Part shown: positions 38,188 to 46,136 of the stretch, piece by piece
How positions within the stretch are numbered: position 1 is the first letter of the stretch
Layout of the letters: each line of letters starts with the position of its first letter
Source of the DNA: a virus
Lineage: Duplodnaviria > Caudoviricetes
DNA: 51,589 bases
Virus record (IMG/VR): IMGVR_UViG_3300027743_000358
Coordinates: 1-51,589 of that record
Reading direction: 5' to 3' (one strand)
The notes under the pieces: model-generated
The model's input: the letters and a program-made list of their open reading frames with translations, nothing else
Told to the model about the DNA's origin: nothing
The model's database searches: none
Program-made: the position numbers and the translations under genes

Positions 38188-38348
38188 TCAATAAAGAGTA
38201 TGACAAAAGGGTAGAAGAATTGGCGGTACAATTTAGGAATGGGGATATATCTTACACGGAGTTTTGGGACATGGTTAGGCGGTTGGAGTTGAAATTATTG
38301 TGTTCTTTGGGGCTTACCGATTATGAAGATGAGTATACAAGAAAATAA
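38184..38348 (+). CDS. Hypothetical 54-aa protein, paralog of 37860-38009
   Basis: MINKEYDKRVEELAVQFRNGDISYTEFWDMVRRLELK...YEDEYTRK*; ATGA overlap. Confidence 0.6.
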   Translation: MINKEYDKRVEELAVQFRNGDISYTEFWDMVRRLELKLLCSLGLTDYEDEYTRK

Positions 38349-38375
38349 AGGTCGCATTAAAATAATAACAAAAAC

Positions 38376-38492
38376 ATGGATATTACATCACAAGCAGAAA
38401 TCGGAGACGATTTAGAACTAGACGAAGAATCAGATGACGAGGTAGAAGAATCAGACGAGGACTCAGACGACGACTCAGATATTCCTTTTTAA
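38376..38492 (+). CDS. 38-aa hyperacidic peptide ending in SSB-tail-like DIPF
   Basis: MDITSQAEIGDDLELDEESDDEVEESDEDSDDDSDIPF*; AAAGGTCG upstream, terminator downstream. Confidence 0.7.
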   Translation: MDITSQAEIGDDLELDEESDDEVEESDEDSDDDSDIPF

Positions 38493-38522
38493 GCCTTGCT
38501 AGATTTGATTAGATCGACAATC

Positions 38523-38547
38523 AGCGCAGAAATGCGCTTTTTGTTTT
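38523..38547 (+). terminator. Intrinsic terminator
   Basis: AGCGCA-GAAA-TGCGCT-TTTTGTTTT. Confidence 0.8.
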
Positions 38548-38555
38548 ATTCACCA

Positions 38556-38585
38556 TTGACACGCTTGTTTGTTTTTTGATATAAT
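38556..38585 (+). promoter_or_regulatory. sigma70 promoter
   Basis: TTGACA, 18 bp, TG-n-TATAAT. Confidence 0.8.
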
Positions 38586-38655
38586 GAAGATAGACATAAC
38601 GGACAGCACATTAACAATTTAAGCAAAATTAAATATAAAAGATGATTATATAAAT

Positions 38656-38874
38656 ATGAAAAATTATAAATGTACATTCCAGTACAAGGGGGTTATCGGG
38701 AGGGATAGGGTGATTATCGCTGATATCGAAGCCAGAGACATTGATGAGATAACGCGGATTTTGATGTATATGTTATCGGGGGCTTTGATTTGTTGTAAGT
38801 TTGAGGACAAGGATAGTAACGAAATCGGATATGCCGAAAAAGATAAATTGGAATGTGCCAGTAAAATAGCATGA
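38656..38874 (+). CDS. Hypothetical protein
   Basis: MKNYKC...IADIEARDIDE, weakly DpnD/PcfM-like. Confidence 0.55.
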   Translation: MKNYKCTFQYKGVIGRDRVIIADIEARDIDEITRILMYMLSGALICCKFEDKDSNEIGYAEKDKLECASKIA

Positions 38875-38975
38875 TTAACGCTTAAACATGACCATATCAA
38901 ATGCGATTTTCTTTACTATAATATATGCGGGGATCGGTTATATATTATGGTTAATAATTAAAGAGTATAAACAAA

Positions 38976-39149
38976 ATGAAAAAATATGATGTAGTACTAT
39001 ATTTTACTTATGAGATAGAAGCACAAGACAAACAAGAAGCCGAGATATTAGCCCGAGATTTGTTTAATGGCGAGCTAGTATCTATTGACGAAATGGCTTG
39101 CTCGGTGGAAGAAATACCAGATGAAGAAGAAAACGAAGCGCTACAATGA
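38976..39149 (+). CDS. DpnD/PcfM-like 57-aa protein
   Basis: Hand translation MKKYDVVLYFTYEIEAQDKQEAEILARDLF...EALQ*. Confidence 0.6.
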   Translation: MKKYDVVLYFTYEIEAQDKQEAEILARDLFNGELVSIDEMACSVEEIPDEEENEALQ

Positions 39150-39318
39150 CCCTAGAGAAGAGATCAAAACAGAGTTGATATATTATACATTTAAATGGGT
39201 TTTAAATTAGGGCTTAAAATGGCGCGGGGTTGTAATTTGCGCGGTTAATGGTTAAAGAGTATAAACAGGAAGATAGTAAATAAATGTTAAGAAGATATAA
39301 TGGATTAAGGTAAAGGTA

Positions 39319-39347
39319 TTGACAGGGTTGTTTCTATGATATATACT
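39319..39347 (+). promoter_or_regulatory. sigma70 promoter
   Basis: TTGACA, 17 bp, TATACT. Confidence 0.8.
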
Positions 39348-39409
39348 TAAAGAGTAAGGAAATTAAAGGATTAAGCTATAACCTATAAGGGAAAAGCTGA
39401 TCCAAGGTT

Positions 39410-39613
39410 GTGAGTAAAAAGGATTATGTGAAGTTAGCGGAGATTATCAAAAGAGCTTATCAGTCAGAGACAGAGCTTCCAACTAGCGGGGATCTAGCTA
39501 TAAAGAGACTAGAGAATGACCTAACCTATATGCTCAAAGAAGATAATCAGATGTTCAATATAGACAAATGGAACGAGTATATAGGCAAAGACGCATTGAT
39601 CATGCACGGATAA
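39410..39613 (+). CDS. Hypothetical phage protein
   Basis: MSKKDYVKLAEII...L...L..DNQMFNIDKW pattern; monocistronic between promoter and terminator. Confidence 0.7.
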   Translation: MSKKDYVKLAEIIKRAYQSETELPTSGDLAIKRLENDLTYMLKEDNQMFNIDKWNEYIGKDALIMHG

Positions 39614-39625
39614 AGGCATACATAC

Positions 39626-39650
39626 AAGGCGGGCGAATAGCCCGCTTTTG
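39626..39650 (+). terminator. Intrinsic terminator
   Basis: AAGGCGGGC-GAATA-GCCCGCTTTTG. Confidence 0.8.
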
Positions 39651-39890
39651 TATTGGCTTAGCATACGCAGGGCATATGGCACGCATACTAGAACATATAT
39701 ATATCAATATGTACAGGTACATAGAGCATTATTAAATCCCTAAAAGGTACATAAGGGCATATTTGACAAGGCGTACAATTATTGTGAGATATATATAACA
39801 GACAGATGAGCATATAAGATAGGTGAGAAAATAAGGAGGGGGGAGGGGATAGGCGGGTTTTAAAAGAATGCTTAATATTAAGTAACTCAT

Positions 39891-39997
39891 ATAGAGTACC
39901 CTCACACAAATATATAAAAATTCAGAATGGAAAGACAAACAGAAGAAAATATGGTATAGTATGGGACCCAAATAGAGTACCCTCGTGTAAATATATA
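39891..39997. repeat. Pair of 26-bp direct repeats, 81 bp apart
   Basis: ATAGAGTACCCTC-ACAC-AAATATATA (39891) and ATAGAGTACCCTC-GTGT-AAATATATA (39972). Confidence 0.75.
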
Positions 39998-40016
39998 CAT
40001 AAAACCTACAGAATAC

Positions 40017-40046
40017 TTGACAAACCCATTACTAATGCATTATAAT
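40017..40046 (+). promoter_or_regulatory. sigma70 promoter of the packaging/structural operon
   Basis: TTGACA, 18 bp, TATAAT; ATG only 9 nt downstream. Confidence 0.8.
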
Positions 40047-40055
40047 TAAGGTAGA

Positions 40056-40451
40056 ATGAAACCACGAACAAAACGTATGTCTAAAGTGGGGACCAAGAAG
40101 GCCCCGAACACAATGGCTGATAAGGCCTTAAGTTTAATTTTAAAAGGATCTAAAATCGGACCTGCTATGCGCGCAGCAGGATATTCTGAAGCCTATGTTA
40201 AATCATGTACAGCCTGGGTTAACTCAGATTACGTACAAGAGGAACTAGGTCAGTTTTATAAGGACCTTGAAATTGAGAGAGGAAAGGCTCTTAGCGATAT
40301 GCCAGACAAGAGGAGTGAAGCTTCTTATGCAGAACTTATGACTGTTGTTGAAAAGTCTACTAGGATTTTACAATTATTAAAAGGTAAACCAACAGACATT
40401 AGCGCCATAGAGGATCTTTCTAATCAAATTAAAAATTTAGCTGAAAATTAA
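40056..40451 (+). CDS. terS: Terminase small subunit (putative)
   Basis: AMRAAGYSEAY HTH motif; lies upstream of TerL. Confidence 0.7.
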   Translation: MKPRTKRMSKVGTKKAPNTMADKALSLILKGSKIGPAMRAAGYSEAYVKSCTAWVNSDYVQEELGQFYKDLEIERGKALSDMPDKRSEASYAELMTVVEKSTRILQLLKGKPTDISAIEDLSNQIKNLAEN

Positions 40452-40455
40452 AAAT

Positions 40456-40635
40456 ATGAAAAAAGGAGCGGTTGGTAGTGTAAGTTTTTCAAATACTAGA
40501 GAAATCATAGAAGATAAAGAATTCTGTGTATGGATTTCATCTCACGAAGATGGAGACGTGGGGTATATATACATGGATATGAGTTATGAACCCATCAATA
40601 CAGAGGATACAGGACTTAGTAAAGTCGCTGTATAA
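40456..40635 (+). CDS. Hypothetical 59-aa protein
   Basis: Hand translation MKKGAVGSVSFSNTREIIEDKEFCVWISS...KVAV*; fills the TerS-TerL gap. Confidence 0.4.
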   Translation: MKKGAVGSVSFSNTREIIEDKEFCVWISSHEDGDVGYIYMDMSYEPINTEDTGLSKVAV

Positions 40636-42016
40636 AGACGGTTCTGGCGCCCCCTTGGTTTTAACTCCATCACAGTGTGAACTTTTCGAACTTATTTTCA
40701 AGAAGAAGTACCATCGTAATCATATTATGACTCATACTCAGTATGGGAAGTCATTGATTACTGCTTTAGCTGTTTTAACCCGAGTAAGTACATTCCCAGA
40801 GAAATGGTGTATAGTAGCACCTTCCGAGAAGAAAGCTAAGATCATAATGGGATACTTGATTGAGCACGTCTTTGATAACGAATATACTAAGAAAAAACTT
40901 GAGATTTCAAAAGAAAGTTCTCTAGATAGACTTAGGCGGGAAAGAAGTTCTTCCCGCCTGACATTCAAGGTTGGCGATGGTATAGGTGAAGTATCTATAC
41001 TTTCTGCCGAAGCCAGACGTACTGCAGACGTAGAGAATGCTTTAATGGGGTTTGGAAGTCCAAACCTTATAGAAGACGAATCGGCGCTTATCCCCGATGT
41101 TGTACACTCGACAGCAATGCGTATGTTGGGAGGTTATCACGATAATTATCTTTTTAAGATAGGAAATCCGTTTAGAAGAAATCATTTCCTTAGATCCTTT
41201 AACGATCCACTATACAATAAGTTTATAGTAGATTGGGAACGATCCGTAGGAGAGGGCAGATTGATGGCAGACTTTGTTGAGGAAATGAAAAAAGAAGCAT
41301 TCTTTGACATAATGTACGAATGTAAATTCCCAGATGAAGACATGATAGATGATCAAGGCTGGGTAGCCTTATTGAAGGAAGCCGAATTGGTAGCAGCCCT
41401 CGATGATGTACCTCATTTTGGAGAAGAACGCCTAGGAGTTGACCCGGCAGATTCTGGAGCTAATAGTTCTGTAATGGTTAAACGCTCAGATGGGTATGCC
41501 GAAATTCTTCTTAGGAGTGCATCCCTAGACCTTATGGGTCTTTGCGGGCAAGTTCATCAGATTGGTAAAAAAATTGACGCCAAGTATATTGATAAGGTGG
41601 GCGTAGGAGCAGGGGCGTATGGTAGGCTGAAGGAGCAGGGCGTACACATTTTCGGAGTAAACGCCGGAGAAAGAAGTTCAGATCATAGATATTATAACAA
41701 ACGCGCCGAGATGTTTTGGAGGCTCAGAGATTGGATCAAGGCCGGTGGTAGGCTTTCTAAAAAAGATGAAGTACACTGGAGAGAACTTCTAAATATTAAG
41801 TATAAGGTAGATTCTAGTGGAAAGATTAAGATTATCCCCAAGATAGAGTTGTTAAGACAAGGCATAGAAAGTCCAGACGTTGCAGACGCGTTGTCTCTTA
41901 CGTTCTACAATCCGATGAGGACTCAACTCATTTCGGAGGACGAAAAGAGATTCTATCTACATATGAAGAAAAAGGGTAAGCTAGTAAATAAAAACTTTAA
42001 ATTAAAAATGGCATGA
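40586..42016 (+). CDS. terL: Terminase large subunit
   Basis: Walker A TQYGKS, Walker B LIEDES, IGNP coupling motif, nuclease LGVDPA, YNKRAEM, SPDVADAL. Confidence 0.92.
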   Translation: MNPSIQRIQDLVKSLYKDGSGAPLVLTPSQCELFELIFKKKYHRNHIMTHTQYGKSLITALAVLTRVSTFPEKWCIVAPSEKKAKIIMGYLIEHVFDNEYTKKKLEISKESSLDRLRRERSSSRLTFKVGDGIGEVSILSAEARRTADVENALMGFGSPNLIEDESALIPDVVHSTAMRMLGGYHDNYLFKIGNPFRRNHFLRSFNDPLYNKFIVDWERSVGEGRLMADFVEEMKKEAFFDIMYECKFPDEDMIDDQGWVALLKEAELVAALDDVPHFGEERLGVDPADSGANSSVMVKRSDGYAEILLRSASLDLMGLCGQVHQIGKKIDAKYIDKVGVGAGAYGRLKEQGVHIFGVNAGERSSDHRYYNKRAEMFWRLRDWIKAGGRLSKKDEVHWRELLNIKYKVDSSGKIKIIPKIELLRQGIESPDVADALSLTFYNPMRTQLISEDEKRFYLHMKKKGKLVNKNFKLKMA

Positions 42017-42213
42017 TAAAAATTTTCTGCGACCGATGCGGAGTAGAACTGAATAGTGAGGATTCTCATACATTTGTTCTGAACGTAGCAAGAATTAAAG
42101 ATGTTATTGATTCTTCCGGAAGGCCAGATGTCTCCAGAGAAACAAAGACATTATGTTCTAAGTGTAGTGAATTAGTATGGCAAACAATAGATACAATCCC
42201 AGCGACAAAATAA
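42013..42213 (+). CDS. Small zinc-binding protein
   Basis: FCDRCG...LCSKC. Confidence 0.65.
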   Translation: MIKIFCDRCGVELNSEDSHTFVLNVARIKDVIDSSGRPDVSRETKTLCSKCSELVWQTIDTIPATK

Positions 42214-44114
42214 GACAAACTATTTCTGAGGCCTATTCGTATATCGATGATATGGTTGAGGCCAGAAATAAATCATATAGACAATTTAATGATCGTTCAT
42301 TAAAGGACTATATAGACGACTCAGAGAAGAGACTAAACTCTTACGTTCTTTCTAGGGAGGCTCAGGAGAAAGAGGACTGGCAAGCTAACATTGCGCTTCC
42401 TACTATAAGAGATAAACAAAAACGCATGATAGCTGGTTTTTCGTTACAAGTACCAGACATGATCACAAAGGCATATGGAGACAACAACATGCTAGATGTT
42501 GATCGAGCGTATGTTGCCAAGAATCTTATTCAGGGGTCTTATTTACAAGAAGAGAATCCTATAATAGAAAACTTCTGGGAGGCATGGGAGGCCAGTACCA
42601 AGGGAACCATTATCAAGTACGAAGGATATTTAAAAACCCGTTACAAACAAAAGTTTATTAAGTCTTATGATTTAATAACCGGAGAGGTTGAAGAAAGCGA
42701 AAAGGAGGTTGACGTAGACGATCAATGTATCTCTATGTTGGTTCCGTTAACTGAATTTTATATTTACAACTTCTTTGTGCATGACGTTCAAGAACAACCA
42801 AGGATAGCTTGGATTAGATATTACGACAGAGGCCAATTAGAACATGAATTTGGCCAATATCAGAATTTTAAGTATGCGCTTCCAAGGACAGAAATGAAGA
42901 GGGATACTAATAGTTCGTTCTTTTACGAATTGAGCTGGTCAAAAAGAACAGATGATAGTAATTACGAAGTAGTACGTTTATATGACAAGAGCAACGATTC
43001 ATACAAGATTCTAGTAAATGGTGTACTTCTCTTAGATGCTCCTATTCTTTGGAGAGTTAATGGCAAGAAAGTATACCCATTCGCCAAGAGTATTTGGGAA
43101 CCATTTGGAAGCAAGCATTTCTTCTATGGTAAATCATTCCCAGATGTTATGATGCCGTTATATGATATTCAGAACAATCTTTTCAATTCACTTCTAGATA
43201 AGGAATACAGGTCTATGGTAGCACCCATGTTAGTAGGTTCAGTAAACATGGATGCATTTGACCTAGAAGATGAAATAGTTACTGGTACCACTAGAATTAG
43301 AGTAGAAGACGTTAATCAGGTCAAGCCGATGCAGATTAAGGGGCTTGAGAATGCAGACGTTGCCATGATTGAATTGGTCGCAGAGGGTATAAACAATGCT
43401 GCGCCCGCTTTATCAGATATGGTTAGTGGAAAAGACCCAACAGCCAGAGAGGTTGTGTTGGCAGAGGAGAAGATGAAAGAACTCAAGACAATGCATCATG
43501 AATTCTTGATTGACTTATGGAGACAAAAGTACATGTTAAGGTTAGCCAACATTCAATTGAACTATCCTCAACCCAGGAAGATTGTAGATAACGATGGTAA
43601 GGTTAAGGTTATTAATAGGGTGTATATGATAGATAATGCTATATTAGATCCAGTAACCGGAGAGATGGGCGTACTAGCAATTCAATTCCAAAAGATATCC
43701 GATCCTAAGGAAAAACGGAACAAGGAGATGGACTTAGCTGCTGAAGAACAATTCTTTAAGTCTAAGGGCTTGAACTATAAGAAGATTCTTATTACGCCAA
43801 CCTATTTAGATAATTACAGATTCCAAATAGAAGTAATGCCAGAATCATTGTATAAGGCTTCGTTAGCCAAGATGCAGACATCTGCAGCCGAGAAGATACA
43901 ATTGATAGCAAACTACTTCCCAGAAATATTTATAGTTAATCAGGAAGAATACTTCAGACAACTATCCGAGTCGTATGATGACAAACCAGACAAGTACATA
44001 ACAGAATATTCTAAGTTTAAACAGGCGCAGAGCGAATCTGCACAGGGTGGTCAATTAACTCAAGGTGTACAAGAACAAATAGGGCAAGTAAAACCAATAC
44101 AAACAAATGCTTAA
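42177..44114 (+). CDS. Portal protein
   Basis: 645 aa after TerL; YPF...HFFYGKSF...Q..N...N...D and TAREV motifs of podovirus-type portals. Confidence 0.85.
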   Translation: MANNRYNPSDKIRQTISEAYSYIDDMVEARNKSYRQFNDRSLKDYIDDSEKRLNSYVLSREAQEKEDWQANIALPTIRDKQKRMIAGFSLQVPDMITKAYGDNNMLDVDRAYVAKNLIQGSYLQEENPIIENFWEAWEASTKGTIIKYEGYLKTRYKQKFIKSYDLITGEVEESEKEVDVDDQCISMLVPLTEFYIYNFFVHDVQEQPRIAWIRYYDRGQLEHEFGQYQNFKYALPRTEMKRDTNSSFFYELSWSKRTDDSNYEVVRLYDKSNDSYKILVNGVLLLDAPILWRVNGKKVYPFAKSIWEPFGSKHFFYGKSFPDVMMPLYDIQNNLFNSLLDKEYRSMVAPMLVGSVNMDAFDLEDEIVTGTTRIRVEDVNQVKPMQIKGLENADVAMIELVAEGINNAAPALSDMVSGKDPTAREVVLAEEKMKELKTMHHEFLIDLWRQKYMLRLANIQLNYPQPRKIVDNDGKVKVINRVYMIDNAILDPVTGEMGVLAIQFQKISDPKEKRNKEMDLAAEEQFFKSKGLNYKKILITPTYLDNYRFQIEVMPESLYKASLAKMQTSAAEKIQLIANYFPEIFIVNQEEYFRQLSESYDDKPDKYITEYSKFKQAQSESAQGGQLTQGVQEQIGQVKPIQTNA

Positions 44115-44382
44115 AAAATTAATTGTAAAATGGTTATTAAAAGCAATGGATCAAAAAGGGGACTATTTTGAGATAGACGAAGAGGCGATAGAGAAATGGT
44201 TAGCAACCAATTTCAAAAATCCCGGATTCAGAGAGTATGTCCGCAAAAGGGACTTAACATTGTTAAAGACAATTGGCGCAGGAGACTTTGATAGATTATT
44301 TCTTGGCCAAAGATTCGAAATTCTTAAGCTGACGCAGGAGGTCGATAGGGCTTATAGAAACTTAAGTAAAAAGGGTAAATAA
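44107..44382 (+). CDS. Hypothetical protein
   Basis: Small helical ORF overlapping the portal stop. Confidence 0.65.
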   Translation: MLKKLIVKWLLKAMDQKGDYFEIDEEAIEKWLATNFKNPGFREYVRKRDLTLLKTIGAGDFDRLFLGQRFEILKLTQEVDRAYRNLSKKGK

Positions 44383-44387
44383 AATAT

Positions 44388-44873
44388 ATGGATAAAAAAA
44401 TGAGACAACTTACACTAAAAAATTACTTTTTTGTCAGCGGGTTATATCAGGATACACTATCTTTAGCGGAGTGGTTAGTCAAGCAAATGTTGCACGGGAA
44501 AGAGTCCCGATGTAGAACAAGATTTATTAGGCTAACTAGCGATAAGATAAACGAAGTCCAGGATGAAAGATTAAAGTTGGTAGAAGCACATTCTAAGAGA
44601 GACGCAGATGGGAAACAATTGTTTAGAGATAAGGATGGTAATGAGATCGTGGACAAAGATAAGGCTACTAGTTTCGTTCTATCAGATGAAGACGCATTCA
44701 ATAAAGAATATGCGGATTATTTGAACGAAGATTATGTGATTGATATTCTTCCGGCCCAGTCAGAGATAATCAATGTAGTTAGGGATATATTATTGAACAC
44801 CCAAGAATCCTTTACGGGCAGACAAGCTACACTGTACGAGGAATGGTGTGAAAGTTTCGAAAAAATTAAATAG
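44388..44873 (+). CDS. Hypothetical protein
   Basis: ORF in the head module. Confidence 0.65.
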   Translation: MDKKMRQLTLKNYFFVSGLYQDTLSLAEWLVKQMLHGKESRCRTRFIRLTSDKINEVQDERLKLVEAHSKRDADGKQLFRDKDGNEIVDKDKATSFVLSDEDAFNKEYADYLNEDYVIDILPAQSEIINVVRDILLNTQESFTGRQATLYEEWCESFEKIK

Positions 44874-44885
44874 TTGACAATCTAT

Positions 44886-45010
44886 AAAAGGACGGAGCCC
44901 TTGCGAGGTTGTTTTCACTACCTAACTTTTCCGGCTCCGCCCTTTTGGTTAGGTGGTGAACAGAACCCCGTCAGGGGCAAAGGTCGCCAACTTGCATTGA
45001 ACGTGCAAGT
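44886..45010 (+). ncRNA. Pseudoknot / switch-like leader RNA before the scaffold gene
   Basis: 13-bp stem TTCACTACCTAAC/GTTAGGTGGTGAA whose loop GGCTCCGCCCTTTT is complementary (13/14) to upstream AAAAGGACGGAGCC. Confidence 0.6.
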
Positions 45011-45034
45011 CTAAATAATTAACGTTTTAAAACA

Positions 45035-45697
45035 ATGGCAGACGAAAACACAGACTTAAAAGACGGTGAAATGAAATCACTGGATGGTAGTGGTCAACCA
45101 GAAAAAAAAGCACCAGTAACATTAGATCCTCACGATCTTGATAACGATATTGACGGTTTGCTTGATAGCGACGACGATACCGAACTAGATTCATTTGATC
45201 AAGATGATACTGTAGCGGTTCCCAAGTCTAAGTGGTTGAAATTGCAGAGAGATAATACCAATTATAAGAAAGGCTTGAAGTCATTAAAGACGAAACTTAA
45301 GCCAGTTGTCTCGAAGCCGCAAGAAATTTCGACAGATAAGTTTATTACCAAGGACGAGTTTTTCAAGGGCATAGAAACGATGGCTATTGAAAAAGCCAAG
45401 TCCACTCCAGAAATAAAGGAACATTGGAATGATATTCTAAAGTACTATACTAACAGGAGAGGTAAAGACTCTGTTGATAAAATTTCAGCAGATATCAATG
45501 ATGCGTACTATTTATGGCAGAAGGATAATCCTTCTAAAGAAACTATGGATAATAAAGATGCGGCTGAATTAGCCGCGGATAAAGCAAAAACAGATACCGA
45601 CACTAAGGCGAATCAGGGGGAATCGAAAGAGAAAAAGCACATTCTTCAAAAGAGAGTGCCTGTTACCGAATGGTATAAAAAGCCAGAAGGTAAATAA
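45035..45697 (+). CDS. Capsid scaffolding protein (putative)
   Basis: Acidic N-terminus, charged coiled-coil, between portal and capsid. Confidence 0.7.
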   Translation: MADENTDLKDGEMKSLDGSGQPEKKAPVTLDPHDLDNDIDGLLDSDDDTELDSFDQDDTVAVPKSKWLKLQRDNTNYKKGLKSLKTKLKPVVSKPQEISTDKFITKDEFFKGIETMAIEKAKSTPEIKEHWNDILKYYTNRRGKDSVDKISADINDAYYLWQKDNPSKETMDNKDAAELAADKAKTDTDTKANQGESKEKKHILQKRVPVTEWYKKPEGK

Positions 45698-45727
45698 AGG
45701 TCGTAAGTAACGAAGAGTTTTGAAAGC

Positions 45728-46132
45728 ATGTTTAAACCAGTAAGATACGAACAAGGTAGTGTTGTAGAAATGCAAACAGGAACCTCTACCACCATCACCA
45801 AATATGATGCGTTGGTAGTATCTAGTGGTTATGTACAAAGAGCGGTTCATACTGATACAGAAATCAGATTTATCGCACTAGAAGACGTAACAACCGGAGG
45901 AACTGGAGCACACTCTGCAATATTATGCTTAAGAACAGACGGTATTCAATTTGAAGCTGACTGCACTCATGACTCTGCACAGTCCCAAGTCGGTACTAAA
46001 GTTGACTTAACTGACCACGACCACCTTGATAACGATAGTGCTAGCACAGATTACACCTTCTTAATTGAAGCGTTATCTGGAGCCACTACCAACAAGAAGG
46101 TTCTTGGAAGTTTTGTTATGAAGACCGCATAA
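45728..46132 (+). CDS. Capsid decoration / cement protein (putative)
   Basis: 134 aa, beta-rich, immediately before the MCP. Confidence 0.55.
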   Translation: MFKPVRYEQGSVVEMQTGTSTTITKYDALVVSSGYVQRAVHTDTEIRFIALEDVTTGGTGAHSAILCLRTDGIQFEADCTHDSAQSQVGTKVDLTDHDHLDNDSASTDYTFLIEALSGATTNKKVLGSFVMKTA

Positions 46133-46136
46133 ACAA

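Noticed and set aside
39763-39795. Promoter at TTGACA 39763
   Set aside because: No acceptable -10 at 16-18 bp
44874-44905. Promoter at TTGACA 44874
   Set aside because: No -10 at the correct spacing; the downstream sequence belongs to the structured RNA
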